Assembly: GCA_016840095.1 (NCBI GenBank)
Contig: JAEOSZ010000101.1
Location: 1-46,061 of the forward strand
Direction of reading: 5' to 3'
Length of the DNA stretch: 46,061 nucleotides
Origin: Candidatus Heimdallarchaeota archaeon
Lineage (GTDB): Archaea; Asgardarchaeota; Heimdallarchaeia; Heimdallarchaeales; Heimdallarchaeaceae
Shown: piece after piece, positions 7,777 through 17,865 of the stretch
Numbering within the stretch: the stretch's first letter is position 1
Layout of the letters: each line of letters opens with the position of its first letter
Program-made: the position numbers and the translations under genes
Notes under the pieces: generated by a model
Told to the model about the DNA's origin: nothing
The model's input: only the letters and a program-made list of their open reading frames with translations
The model's database searches: none

Positions 7777-9120
7777 ATGTTAGGTAAACTAGGATCTGCT
7801 CTTAATACAGCCATTTCTAAAATACTTAGAGGTGGTCCTCCGGATAAAGAGCAAATTCGTGAACTAAAAAACGCAATGTTAAAAGCTCTATTAGAGGCTG
7901 ATGTTCAATTTAATTTAGCTGCAGAAGTAGTTAATGAAGTTGAACGTAAATCATTGGATAAGGAACTTCCAGATGGTTTATCACGAAAGAAAAGTGTTCT
8001 ATCCATTATTCATGATGAACTAACCAAGTTTCTAGGTACAAAATTCTATCCTCTAACATTACATCCAGATAAACCAACTCTACTAATGCTTGTTGGTATT
8101 CAAGGTTCTGGAAAAACAACTACAACTGCAAAACTGGCAAAATACATCCAAAAAAGAGGTAAAAAGGTAGCCGTTGTAACAGTAGATAATTTCAGACCCG
8201 GTGCATATGAACAACTCCAACAGCTTTGTACAAGCATTAAAGTTCCAGTTTATGGTGACCCTGAAAATAAGAATACAGTAAAGATAGCAACTGATGGTGT
8301 TAAGAAGTTTTTAGATGAGAAATATAATGCCATTATTATTGATACTGCAGGACGTCATAAAGAAGAAAAAGCTCTCCTTAAAGAGATGAAAGAACTTAAT
8401 GAAAAAGTAAAACCTGATGAAATCATACTCGTAGTAGATGGAAATCTTGGTCAAGCAGCTCATGATCAAGCTTCTGCTTTTGCAGCCGCAACCAAGGTAG
8501 GATCAGTTATTGTTACAAAGATGGATGGTTCAGCAAAAGGTGGAGGTAGTCTCTCAGCTGCTGCAGCAGTAAAGGTTCCAATTAAATTCATTGCTGATGG
8601 AGAGGACATTGATTCTTTGGAAGAATTCAATCCAACTTCCTTTGTAGGAAGACTTATCGGAGTAGGTGATCTGGAAGGTCTTCTCAAGGAAGTACGAGGT
8701 ATGGAAGATCTTCCCTCAAAGGAAGAAGCAATGAGCATGTTAAGCGGAAAAATCTCCTACAGACAGATGATGGAATTATTAGATACATTTAGTTCTTCTG
8801 GATCAATGAAGAGGATGATGTCAATGATTCCTGGTTTAGGTATGACAGTTGATGAAGATATGCTCAATGTCTCAAAGGATCATATGAAGAAATTCAAAGT
8901 TATTATGACATCAATGACCAACGAAGAACTTGATGGAAAAACTAAGTTAAGTAGTTCTAGAGTTCAAAGAATTGCTAAAGGCAGCGGTAGACCTGTCTCT
9001 GAAGTTAGAGAATTGATTGCTCAGCATAAGATGATGACCAATCTCGTAAAACGTATGCGTAAAGGAAGACGTGGAGGAATGCAAATACCAGGGATACCTC
9101 CAGGATTACTTGGTCAGTAG
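7777..9120 (+). CDS. srp54: Signal recognition particle protein SRP54
   Basis: GIQGSGKTTT, DTAGRH, TKMDGSAKGGG; Met-rich M domain with SR.QRIAKGSG. Confidence 0.97.
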   Translation: MLGKLGSALNTAISKILRGGPPDKEQIRELKNAMLKALLEADVQFNLAAEVVNEVERKSLDKELPDGLSRKKSVLSIIHDELTKFLGTKFYPLTLHPDKPTLLMLVGIQGSGKTTTTAKLAKYIQKRGKKVAVVTVDNFRPGAYEQLQQLCTSIKVPVYGDPENKNTVKIATDGVKKFLDEKYNAIIIDTAGRHKEEKALLKEMKELNEKVKPDEIILVVDGNLGQAAHDQASAFAAATKVGSVIVTKMDGSAKGGGSLSAAAAVKVPIKFIADGEDIDSLEEFNPTSFVGRLIGVGDLEGLLKEVRGMEDLPSKEEAMSMLSGKISYRQMMELLDTFSSSGSMKRMMSMIPGLGMTVDEDMLNVSKDHMKKFKVIMTSMTNEELDGKTKLSSSRVQRIAKGSGRPVSEVRELIAQHKMMTNLVKRMRKGRRGGMQIPGIPPGLLGQ

Positions 9121-9143
9121 GCATTCACAAAATGTGAAATCGC

Positions 9144-9707
9144 ATGTCTCAACTTTTTTTTGTTTTAAATGCTCCATCTTTATCTTTTACTAAAGCCAAT
9201 TTATATGAAAAAGAAGCAAATTTGAATGAATCTGCACCTTTCATCAAATCAATAGCAGATTCTTTTTTTCTGTCTAATGAATTTAGAAAAAATCTCTTTC
9301 TTTATTATTGTACAAGCTTTCAAGGAAATTCATATACTATAACTTTTGATGGAAGTAGTTTGAGATATCTAGGTCCCAGTTTCTTTTCAGCTGCTCATCT
9401 ATTGCTTCGAGCAAAAAATCACATAGTTAATCCTAGCTCTCGAAACGGAAAACTCACCCCAGGATTATCAGTTTTAGAACAAAATAGTAATTGGGTTTTT
9501 GAAAAACATAAAGATGATAAGATAGTTCTTGTTGTTTCTTCTGAAGATAATATAGTATTTTCAAAAGAAAAAATTAAGCATTGCAATGTTTTTGCTTATG
9601 GTTTTGAAAAACTACCTTTATCAATCAAATCAGAAACTTTACATCTTAAGCAACTAGAAATTGATGAACAGGTAATTGTGACAAATTATCATCTGGAGAG
9701 TGCTTGA
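9144..9707 (+). CDS. TrmY-like SPOUT protein (degenerate)
   Basis: FFLSNEFR, ITFDGSSLRYLGP and TPG blocks; lies immediately upstream of pus10, where trmY is often found. Confidence 0.6.
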   Translation: MSQLFFVLNAPSLSFTKANLYEKEANLNESAPFIKSIADSFFLSNEFRKNLFLYYCTSFQGNSYTITFDGSSLRYLGPSFFSAAHLLLRAKNHIVNPSSRNGKLTPGLSVLEQNSNWVFEKHKDDKIVLVVSSEDNIVFSKEKIKHCNVFAYGFEKLPLSIKSETLHLKQLEIDEQVIVTNYHLESA

Positions 9708-11040
9708 TAAAATGACGATATACGATAAAGCATTGAAAATATTGAAATCCTATCCTATGTGTGACTTTTGTCTTGGTAGGCAATTTTCAAATGTATCAAC
9801 TGGGACAACGAATAAGCACAGGGGTTCTGTAATCAAGGATTTTATCGCATTATCACTCTCAGAAGACACTATTGAAAAATCCCTTTCTGAACTGCAGATC
9901 TTATCAACCTCAAACAATAATCTAGCAAAAAATACTCTCAAGAGAAAAGGAATTTTACCAGAAAATTCAAGGAAATGCTATATTTGTCAAGATACATTGA
10001 CCAAACAAACTGAAAGCATTATACAAGCAATTTTACCGGAAGTTGAGAATTATGAATTTGAGACTTTTCTAATAGGAACTTCACTACCAAAAGAGTTCTT
10101 AGAAAGAGAGAAAAATTTGAAAGAAGAATATAATGTAACCCAAACAGAATATCTAAAGCAGGAATTCAATAGATTGATAGGAGGCAAAGTAGGAGATCTT
10201 CTTTCAAAAGAAACTGATTTTAAGTCTCCAGATATTGTTATTGAAACAAGCCCACTAACATCTACTATTGATCTTAAGATAAAATCTTTGTATATCTATG
10301 GAAGATATAGAAAGTATCTCAGAACTTTACCTCAAACACGTTGGCCTTGCTGGAAATGTAAAGGAAGGGGATGCGATGAGTGTAATCATACAGGAAAGAA
10401 ACATCAAGAATCAGTAGAAGAACTCGTAGAATATGAAGCTCTTAAATTAACTAACGGATACAAGGGAGTTTTGCATGGAGCAGGAAGAGAGGACATAGAT
10501 GCTCTAATGTTGGGTACAGGGAGGCCTTTTGTTCTAGAAATAGTTAATCCAAAAGTACGAACAATAGATTTGCTAGAGCTTGAAGAAAGCACAAACGAAT
10601 ATGGTAAAGGAAAGATTGATGTTTCAAAATATAGATGGTCTTCCAAAGATGAGCTAAGAGATTTAAAAAGTGCTGCAGAAACAACTAAAAAGAAGTATAG
10701 AGCTCTTGTCGTTTTTGAACAGTCAGTTTCTGAAAAACAAATCAATGAAATTGAAAAATTCTTTCAAAACAGACCAATAGATCAAAGAACTCCTCAAAGA
10801 GTATCTCATAGAAGATCAGATCTAGTTAGGAAAAAGATGGTATTTTCTGTTCAATGTACAAGAATTGATGAAACTCATATTGAAGCTATAATTACCTGTG
10901 ATGGTGGTTGCTATGTTAAAGAATTAATTTCAGGAGACAATGATAGAACCAAACCAAGCATATCAGAAGTTATTGGAATTGAAGCAACATGTAAAGAACT
11001 GGATGTTCTTGAGATTCAGGATGGTTCAATTAAAGCTTAA
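9700..11040 (+). CDS. pus10: tRNA pseudouridine(54/55) synthase Pus10
   Basis: CDFCLGRQF, YIYGRYRK, PQTRW, HGAGREDIDALMLGTGRPF, QRTPQRV.HRR, GGCYVKELISGD. Confidence 0.96.
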   Translation: MLDKMTIYDKALKILKSYPMCDFCLGRQFSNVSTGTTNKHRGSVIKDFIALSLSEDTIEKSLSELQILSTSNNNLAKNTLKRKGILPENSRKCYICQDTLTKQTESIIQAILPEVENYEFETFLIGTSLPKEFLEREKNLKEEYNVTQTEYLKQEFNRLIGGKVGDLLSKETDFKSPDIVIETSPLTSTIDLKIKSLYIYGRYRKYLRTLPQTRWPCWKCKGRGCDECNHTGKKHQESVEELVEYEALKLTNGYKGVLHGAGREDIDALMLGTGRPFVLEIVNPKVRTIDLLELEESTNEYGKGKIDVSKYRWSSKDELRDLKSAAETTKKKYRALVVFEQSVSEKQINEIEKFFQNRPIDQRTPQRVSHRRSDLVRKKMVFSVQCTRIDETHIEAIITCDGGCYVKELISGDNDRTKPSISEVIGIEATCKELDVLEIQDGSIKA

Positions 11041-11156
11041 ATAATCTTAACAGTTTTAAAGTCTGATTTATTATAACCAGAACGGATAACGAAAAGATTA
11101 AAAGTTACATCGAGGGAATTTGCTCACTTGTGTATTATAATATAAAGGTGTAAAGT

Positions 11157-11468
11157 ATGCGAAAATCCAAAGGTTATCGAAACACAACAAGACATCTCAT
11201 GAGAAAACATACAAGAGATAAAGGTATTCGACCTTTAGACTATCTATTGCGAGATTTCAACGAAGGCGATACAGTAGATATTATTATTGATTCAGCTGTA
11301 CATAAAGGAATGCCTCATAGAAGATATCATGGACAAACAGGAAAGATTACCAAGAAACAAGGTAAAGCTTTCATTATTGCAATAAGACAAGGAAGAGCTA
11401 CAAAGCAAATTATTGCTGCAAAAGAGCATCTACGCTTGAGTCGTTCTGTTATTCAACAAGAAAATTAA
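11157..11468 (+). CDS. rpl21e: 50S ribosomal protein L21e
   Basis: SKGYR..TR, VHKGMPHRRYHGQTG, EHL. Confidence 0.97.
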   Translation: MRKSKGYRNTTRHLMRKHTRDKGIRPLDYLLRDFNEGDTVDIIIDSAVHKGMPHRRYHGQTGKITKKQGKAFIIAIRQGRATKQIIAAKEHLRLSRSVIQQEN

Positions 11469-11481
11469 TGAAAGTGATTCT

Positions 11482-11835
11482 ATGCCTAAACACGGTCTTG
11501 ATAAAAAGCCATTGACAATTTCAGAAGCCATGCGTATTTTACAGGAAAGAAGTGAAGAATCAGAGCTTTCCTACTGGCAAAGAGTTGCATTCGAACATGC
11601 TATGCAAAATGCTAGAATTGAACCTGAAGAATCTAGAAAAATTGTTGAGAGACTAATGAAGAAATACAAACTCTCAGAACTATCTTCATATACAATTGCA
11701 AATATACTTCCTCCATCTACAGAGGAACTAAAAGATTTACTCTCAAAAGAACCTCAAATGCTTACAGATTCTGATATTAATGAAATCTTTGACATAATTA
11801 AGCCTTTTATTGACAGAGAACCTAAATCTATCTAA
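11482..11835 (+). CDS. rpo4: RNA polymerase subunit Rpo4 (RpoF)
   Basis: LTISEA..IL, ELSYWQR.AFEH, IANILP; conserved position after rpl21e. Confidence 0.88.
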   Translation: MPKHGLDKKPLTISEAMRILQERSEESELSYWQRVAFEHAMQNARIEPEESRKIVERLMKKYKLSELSSYTIANILPPSTEELKDLLSKEPQMLTDSDINEIFDIIKPFIDREPKSI

Positions 11836-11909
11836 AAAACAAATATAGGATTAATACCAAGAAAGCAAAAAGTTTTTTTGTATTCCTACTTATTTATGGT
11901 GAGAGCATT

Positions 11910-12575
11910 ATGGTAAACAATCAACGTTCTGGATCAAATAAACGTCCTGAAAAACACTCTGAAAGTGATGATTTCATTATTGGCCCTGTTACTCGTGTAA
12001 AACAAGCAAAGAAAGATGAATCACGAATCTTAATTCTTGACTATTTACCTGAAGGTAAGGGATTTGGTCAAACAAAGCAAAGGGAACCAACAATTCAGGG
12101 CATTGGTACAACATGGTTTAGTTTACTCGATATGGTTGTTGACAGAAGGGGTAGCTACCCTCAATTCACAGAATTACCTTTACCAAAAATCAGTGAAGAA
12201 ACTCCAATTAAACAAATCAAAAGAAGAATTACTACTAACGATTTAACCAATACTGGATATGAATCGTTAGAAGAAGCTGTTCTTAGGATTATCAATAAGA
12301 ATGAAAAAAGATTCGTTTCATTCTTTAATAAAGCTCAACCCATTACTAACCGTATTCACTCTCTTCAATTAGTGCCTGGTATTGGAAAGAAACTGATGTG
12401 GGAGATATTACAATCAAGAAAAGGGATGCCTTTTGTCTCATTTAGTGATATTGAGGAGAGAGTAAAAATCTCTGATATAAGAAAGATGATTTTCAACAGA
12501 ATTATGCAAGAACTAGAAGAAGACGTGAAACACAGATTATTCACAGCATCCATAGATTCTGGACAAAGAAGGTAA
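11910..12575 (+). CDS. DUF655 family nucleic-acid-binding protein (HhH)
   Basis: ILDYLPEG, EKRFVSFFN.AQPIT.RIHSLQLVPGIGKK; conserved synteny. Confidence 0.92.
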   Translation: MVNNQRSGSNKRPEKHSESDDFIIGPVTRVKQAKKDESRILILDYLPEGKGFGQTKQREPTIQGIGTTWFSLLDMVVDRRGSYPQFTELPLPKISEETPIKQIKRRITTNDLTNTGYESLEEAVLRIINKNEKRFVSFFNKAQPITNRIHSLQLVPGIGKKLMWEILQSRKGMPFVSFSDIEERVKISDIRKMIFNRIMQELEEDVKHRLFTASIDSGQRR

Positions 12576-12595
12576 CATCAAAAATGGTTTGATTA

Positions 12596-13480
12596 ATGGA
12601 TTGCTGGACCTCCTCTTTTGAATTAAGAAAGCATGTTTTTGATAGCTTAAAAGAGTTAAATATCACTCCCTCTAGTCAAAGAGGTCAGAATTTTCTTATT
12701 GATTCAAATATTATTAATTATCAAATTAAACAAGCCGATATACAATCAAATGATATAATTCTTGAAATTGGAGGAGGGATTGGAAACTTATCTAACTGCC
12801 TAGTAAATAGAGGAAAGAAGGTATACATAATAGAACAGGATAAAAGATTGGTCAAATTTCTAACTAATTTTCTACAAAGTTATTCTAATGTAGAGATAAT
12901 TCAAGGAGACGCGGTCAAAGTTGATCTACCAGAATTCAACAAGTGTATCTCAAACCTTCCCTATCAAATTTCTTCACCAATTACATTTAAGCTTCTGGAA
13001 CACTCATTTGATCTAGCTATACTTATGTATCAAAGAGAATTTGCAGACAGATTTTTTGCTAAACCTGGAACTAAGGATTACTCAAGAATTTCTGTTATGA
13101 TAAATTTAAAAGCAGATTGCAGGAATCTTAAGACTGTCAAACCATCTTCATTTTATCCTCAACCTAAGATATTCTCTTCGTTAGTTTCAATTACAAAAAA
13201 AGAAGAAATGATTGTAGAAGACAATGATAGTTTTACTTCTTTTGTAAGGTTTCTATTTACTAATAAGAAGAAGACAGTTCGAACCATTCTGATTAATAAA
13301 ATCAAAAGGATGGAGAAGCAAGGTTCAACAATTGAAAGAAAAACTCTAGATTCTCTCCAATTTATGGGTAGACGAGTTTTCACAATGTCTCTAGAAGAAC
13401 TCGCGGAATTTCACAATCAAATTAAAGAAAGGATAGGTGAAGAGCTTTGGTCAGATATAATTTCCCCAAATATGAAATAG
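12596..13480 (+). CDS. rsmA: 16S rRNA dimethyladenosine transferase KsgA/Dim1
   Basis: GQNFLID, LEIGGGIG, SNLPYQISSPI, MYQREFA.R, F.PQPK..S. Confidence 0.95.
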   Translation: MDCWTSSFELRKHVFDSLKELNITPSSQRGQNFLIDSNIINYQIKQADIQSNDIILEIGGGIGNLSNCLVNRGKKVYIIEQDKRLVKFLTNFLQSYSNVEIIQGDAVKVDLPEFNKCISNLPYQISSPITFKLLEHSFDLAILMYQREFADRFFAKPGTKDYSRISVMINLKADCRNLKTVKPSSFYPQPKIFSSLVSITKKEEMIVEDNDSFTSFVRFLFTNKKKTVRTILINKIKRMEKQGSTIERKTLDSLQFMGRRVFTMSLEELAEFHNQIKERIGEELWSDIISPNMK

Positions 13481-14082
13481 AATTAGAATTAGATGATGAC
13501 ATTTACTTTCCTGCAGAAGATACTTTTTTCTTAGTTGATTCTATAGAAATACCTAGCACCACAAAGAAAATAGTAGAAATAGGAAGTGGTTCGGGAATAA
13601 TATCTATTGTTCTTGCAAAGAATAACCCTGAAACTCAGTTCCTAATAACAGACATCTCTTTTGAGGCTACAAGAGCTATAAAACAGAATTTAGATATAAA
13701 CAATATTAGCAATCAAATTGATATTGCATGTATGGATAAACTTGAAGCGATTCATAATCTCAAATCTGATATTATCATCTGGAATCCTCCGTATTTACCA
13801 GAAGAAAATGAAGAAAATAACATATCTCCTTTACATAAACTCATGCTGGTTGGAGGAAAAAAAGGATATGAAGAAACATATCATATGCTAGTTTCTCTAA
13901 AAAAAAGTAAGGCCAGTGCCACTTTTTTTACAATATTTTCCTCTCTAAGTTGGTCTGATAAAGACATTAAGAACTTGAAAAAGGAAGATATAAATCTGGA
14001 AATAATTGAGAAACTAAGCCTATTCTTTGAGAAACTATATTTAGTAAAAATTGATTTTTGTGAAAGAAATGAAAAGCTATGA
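13447..14082 (+). CDS. HemK2/Mtq2 family methyltransferase
   Basis: YFPAEDTFFL, EIGSGSG, NPPYLP, GGKKG, LFFEKL. Confidence 0.9.
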   Translation: MVRYNFPKYEIELELDDDIYFPAEDTFFLVDSIEIPSTTKKIVEIGSGSGIISIVLAKNNPETQFLITDISFEATRAIKQNLDINNISNQIDIACMDKLEAIHNLKSDIIIWNPPYLPEENEENNISPLHKLMLVGGKKGYEETYHMLVSLKKSKASATFFTIFSSLSWSDKDIKNLKKEDINLEIIEKLSLFFEKLYLVKIDFCERNEKL

Positions 14083-14815
14083 AATAAATATCAAACAAGA
14101 TGTAATCCTAGTAGAACCTAAAATAGAGGGTAATATAGGTGCAATTGCAAGATTATGTAATAATTTCGGTATTAATAGATTAGTATTGATTGCACCTCAA
14201 ATTGATCACCTACATGAGGAAGCAAGAAGAAGAGCTAAACATTCGATTAAATTCCTGGAAGAAGCAATAATTGTCAACACTTTAGAAGAGATAAAACAAG
14301 ATTACTCATTTATAATTGGAACCTCAGCAAAAGCAGGTTTGAATTATAATGTGTTTAGACAACCATCTTTTCCATGGGATCTTAGTGAGATTCAAAATGT
14401 ATCTCAAGGTAACATTGGTATAGTATTTGGTAGAGAAGACAGAGGTTTGTCAAATGAGGAATTGCGTTACTGTGATTTTTTGATTAATATTCCCGTACCA
14501 GGAGACCATAAAGTCATGAATATCTCTCAAGCTGTTGCAATCATATTGTATGAAATATGGAAAGAACTATCACAAACTGAAAAGAAAATTGCTGAAGAAA
14601 GGTCATCAACTGGTATAGAAAGGAAGATCCTTTTTGATTTAGTCCAAGAATTAATTGACTTGATTCACTACGAGGAATACAGAAAACCAATTGCATTTCA
14701 TAGTTTTACAACAGTAATTAATCGAAGTTTTTCATCTAGTGAGGAGATTCATTCTTTAATAGGAATTTTCAAAACTATCCTGCAACAGCTGAAAAAAACA
14801 AAGGGAAGTGTTTAG
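14069..14815 (+). CDS. trmJ: TrmJ family SPOUT tRNA methyltransferase
   Basis: VILVEP..EGNIGAIARL..NFG, IVFGREDRGLSNEEL, MNISQAVAIILYE. Confidence 0.88.
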   Translation: MKSYEINIKQDVILVEPKIEGNIGAIARLCNNFGINRLVLIAPQIDHLHEEARRRAKHSIKFLEEAIIVNTLEEIKQDYSFIIGTSAKAGLNYNVFRQPSFPWDLSEIQNVSQGNIGIVFGREDRGLSNEELRYCDFLINIPVPGDHKVMNISQAVAIILYEIWKELSQTEKKIAEERSSTGIERKILFDLVQELIDLIHYEEYRKPIAFHSFTTVINRSFSSSEEIHSLIGIFKTILQQLKKTKGSV

Positions 14816-15416
14816 TTTGAAACAGAAGGACATTGAAATACTGCTTTCTCAAGTACAAACTTTTCAGAATCCAAGAGTTGAATTAGAACAATATCAAACT
14901 CCTCCACGTATTGCTGCTGTGATTCTCTGGAGAGCTTACCAACTTGGACACATTGAAAATAAAACAGTAGGAGATTTTTGCTGTGGAACAGGAATGTTTG
15001 GAATAGGGGCTAAAAAGTTAGGGGCAAAAGAAGTTAGCGGATTAGAAATAGACAAAAAAGCTCTGGAAATTGCCAAACAAAATGCAGTTAAATTAAATTT
15101 AAAGGTCAATTTCATGGAGGAAGATGTAAGGACCACTAAACGTCGATTTGATACTGTTTTTATGAATAGCCCCTTTGGGATTCAAGGGGAGATTAAAGAT
15201 CAAGAATTTTTGCTCTCAGCTCTAAATGCTTCTGATGTAACATATTCAATTCATCTTTATCAGGAGAAGAATATTGAATTTTTGAGAAATTTTGTAAAAG
15301 AACATAACAAAGAAGTAAAAGAAATAATCAAAGCTGAATTTGAAATCCCTAAGATTTATCGCTTTCATACAAAAAAACAACACATAATCAAAGTTGCAAT
15401 AATGCAAACTAAATGA
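14808..15416 (+). CDS. METTL5 family methyltransferase
   Basis: P.VELEQYQTP, D..CGTG, MNSPFG, YSIH, Y.FH. Confidence 0.9.
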   Translation: MFSLKQKDIEILLSQVQTFQNPRVELEQYQTPPRIAAVILWRAYQLGHIENKTVGDFCCGTGMFGIGAKKLGAKEVSGLEIDKKALEIAKQNAVKLNLKVNFMEEDVRTTKRRFDTVFMNSPFGIQGEIKDQEFLLSALNASDVTYSIHLYQEKNIEFLRNFVKEHNKEVKEIIKAEFEIPKIYRFHTKKQHIIKVAIMQTK

Positions 15417-15419
15417 ATA

Positions 15420-15596
15420 CTACTCTTTTAGATTTTCTTTTAACAGTCTTCTTCTGTAAATAGAATATTTCTTTTCTTTCTCAATAGAAAAACGAGCAGG
15501 CTGGGGAGAAACTACTTTCCCTTTACAAATTGGACATGATTTTTCATCCAAAGTATAAGCTTTGCATTTGGAACAAAAGAAAATTGATTTAGTCAT
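15420..15596 (-). CDS. nop10: H/ACA RNP protein Nop10 (58 aa; not in ORF track)
   Basis: Translation MTKSIFFCSKCKAYTLDEKSCPICKGKVVSPQPARFSIEKEKKYSIYRRRLLKENLKE: CxxC-YTL-CPxC, PARFS, Y..YRR; directly downstream of aIF2a. Confidence 0.93.
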   Translation of the reverse strand: MTKSIFFCSKCKAYTLDEKSCPICKGKVVSPQPARFSIEKEKKYSIYRRRLLKENLKE

Positions 15597-15608
15597 CAAA
15601 ATCTCCCT

Positions 15609-16406
15609 TTACTTTGTTTCAACAACCTTCACTGAAGCACTATAGTTTGTTAAGCTATCTTCAATTGCAGATATTGCTTTTGACATCAATTCTTCTGCTA
15701 ATTCATAGTCTCTTGCAGAAATGACGAATCTGTATATAGGAGCACCTCTTACGTAAATATTCATATCAAGCTCTTCTACTCCAGCTTCAATCTCTTCTCT
15801 TGATTTGCCTGCTTTCTTAAGAGCATCCCTAATCAAATTAACCCCATTTCCTTCCCAACAGATTATCTCCAGATCTCTTGAAATCTCTACTTTAGGTATG
15901 GTCATGTTTTTCTTTGCAATATCAGTTAGGACATTGGACCATTCTTCAGTTACACCAGCATCAATGAACGCATTTTCACCACCGAATAGTGCTTCTTCAA
16001 ATGCTTGGTAAAGACTACCATAATATTGAGTACAAAGATCTTCTACTTCAGCTCTAGCTGTTTCAAAATTGATTTTTCTCTTTTTAGCTCCCATTTCAAG
16101 AAGTGTTAGGGCGGTTTTATACCTTTTAGTTTCTTCAACTTTCTTTCGTTTCAAACCATCAGAAACTCTTTTGATGCTAATGTCAATCTGATGTTCTTTG
16201 ACACGCATAACCCTTCCTACAACTTTCTTACCTAACCTCATAACATTACGAATGTTCCTTACCCAAGTGGAACTAACTTCAGAAACATGACAATAAGCTT
16301 GTAAATCTTCGTATTCATCTAAATCAACATAAACTCCATGATCAAATATACTCTTTACTGTACCAATTACTAAATCACCAGTTTCTGGAAGGTTTCTTCT
16401 GCTCAT
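15609..16406 (-). CDS. eif2a: Translation initiation factor 2 subunit alpha
   Basis: LPETGDLVIGTV S1 domain, SEVSSTWVRNIR, IDISIKRV, GAPIYR. Confidence 0.95.
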   Translation of the reverse strand: MSRRNLPETGDLVIGTVKSIFDHGVYVDLDEYEDLQAYCHVSEVSSTWVRNIRNVMRLGKKVVGRVMRVKEHQIDISIKRVSDGLKRKKVEETKRYKTALTLLEMGAKKRKINFETARAEVEDLCTQYYGSLYQAFEEALFGGENAFIDAGVTEEWSNVLTDIAKKNMTIPKVEISRDLEIICWEGNGVNLIRDALKKAGKSREEIEAGVEELDMNIYVRGAPIYRFVISARDYELAEELMSKAISAIEDSLTNYSASVKVVETK

Positions 16407-16504
16407 ATAGACCAGTATCCTTTCTATTGTGTTTATTTAAAAAGTTACTTTCTTATCACTTAAATTCGGAACTTACTTAAATCAAAATCACTAGATGATT
16501 AATT

Positions 16505-17086
16505 GTGAAGAAGGATATTCGAACCATTGGTATTGATGACGCAGCTTTTGACCGAGAAAAATCTTCAAAGGTTTTCGTTTTTGGGGTTGTTGTAAGGGGA
16601 AACAGCCTAGTTGAAGGTATTTTAAGAACGGAATTAACTATAGATGGTTTTGATGCAACAGAAAAAATAATCAATTTGGTAAATGAAAGTAAATTCAAAA
16701 ATCAAATAAGAGCTACAATTTTAGGGAGTGCTACAATTGCTGCATTTAACATCATCAACATGTTGAAGGTCTTTCAAAAAACATCAATACCTATTATTTC
16801 AATATTGCATGAGCCGCCTAACAACACTAAAGTACAAAAAGCTCTCACCCATCTTCCAGATTGGGAAAAACGCCTTGAAATTCTAAAGTCTAATCCAGCA
16901 TTAGAGAAGATTGAATTCATTAATCAAAGTGGAAGAGAATGCAAAGTCCATGTGCAATACTTAGGTTTCAAAGACATTAATGAGGTAAAAAATTTGTTAA
17001 AGAACACAACCTATACTAGTTGTGTACCTGAAAGTTTAAGGTTAGCAGATATGATTGGTCAGAATTTTAAGGACTACATAATTTGA
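16505..17086 (+). CDS. DUF99 family (endonuclease V/dU-like) protein
   Basis: IGIDDAAF, GVVVRG..VEG, DGFDATE, FNIIN, PESLRLA. Confidence 0.88.
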   Translation: MKKDIRTIGIDDAAFDREKSSKVFVFGVVVRGNSLVEGILRTELTIDGFDATEKIINLVNESKFKNQIRATILGSATIAAFNIINMLKVFQKTSIPIISILHEPPNNTKVQKALTHLPDWEKRLEILKSNPALEKIEFINQSGRECKVHVQYLGFKDINEVKNLLKNTTYTSCVPESLRLADMIGQNFKDYII

Positions 17087-17550
17087 ATCTTATTATTTAG
17101 TCCTATATTATTGCACAAATCATTTACTAAATCTGTAAACGCTTTTGCACACAATTCTCTTTCATCCTCTTCTAATAAGTGCTTGTTAATCGTAATACTT
17201 TTTGTTAAAATAGAAATCATTTCTGTAATGGTAGTGGGATTTTTTAAATAAGAAAAAGCTACAAATGCTTCAACAGCATCACCCAAATCCCCAGCATTTT
17301 TTCTTGTTCCAACAAACTTCCTTATGGGAGAATTTCTACATGCATGTGCAAGGCATTTATCCCAAACCTTTACTCCCTGTAATTCATTAGTTACGTTGTA
17401 AACAGCTGCATTGTAAATAAAATTCACAATTGAATCACCAAATCTAGCTAGTTTATTATTCAGAAGTAAAGTATCCCAACCTTGATTTGGATCAAAAGAT
17501 GAAGTCAAAAGAAACAACCTACTCAATTTTTGCTTTGCATAAATCAACAA
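17074..17550 (-). CDS. Archaeal RNase III-like domain protein (true start probably further downstream)
   Basis: LARFGDSIVNFIY, GVKV.D..LA.A, GDAVEAF. Confidence 0.8.
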   Translation of the reverse strand: MLIYAKQKLSRLFLLTSSFDPNQGWDTLLLNNKLARFGDSIVNFIYNAAVYNVTNELQGVKVWDKCLAHACRNSPIRKFVGTRKNAGDLGDAVEAFVAFSYLKNPTTITEMISILTKSITINKHLLEEDERELCAKAFTDLVNDLCNNIGLNNKIQIM

Positions 17551-17803
17551 ATTCCTTTGATTGTTGTTCCAATCTTTCTAATGCGGAATTTATAGAAACA
17601 AGAGGATCTCCTGTCTTCTTCTTCATTTTTACTTGGAAAACTACAGATTCATAAAAAGATTCATCACGCCAATAACCAGCAAAATCTACTTCAGTATCTT
17701 GTAGTAATTCCTCACGTAAGAGATTGTACAAAGTGTGAGGGTCAGTAGCTTTGATATTAAATTTGAGGTAACCTTGTTCTTGTTTTAAGATGTTAATATA
17801 CAT
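17519..17803 (-). CDS. rpo11: RNA polymerase subunit Rpo11 (RpoL)
   Basis: HTLYNLLREEL..D.EVDFAGY; synteny with csl4. Confidence 0.88.
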   Translation of the reverse strand: MYINILKQEQGYLKFNIKATDPHTLYNLLREELLQDTEVDFAGYWRDESFYESVVFQVKMKKKTGDPLVSINSALERLEQQSKEFVDLCKAKIE

Positions 17804-17865
17804 TTTATTGCCTCTGAGGTTTGTTTCAATGCTTGATTTAAATATTTTACCAGTCTAGACTAATT

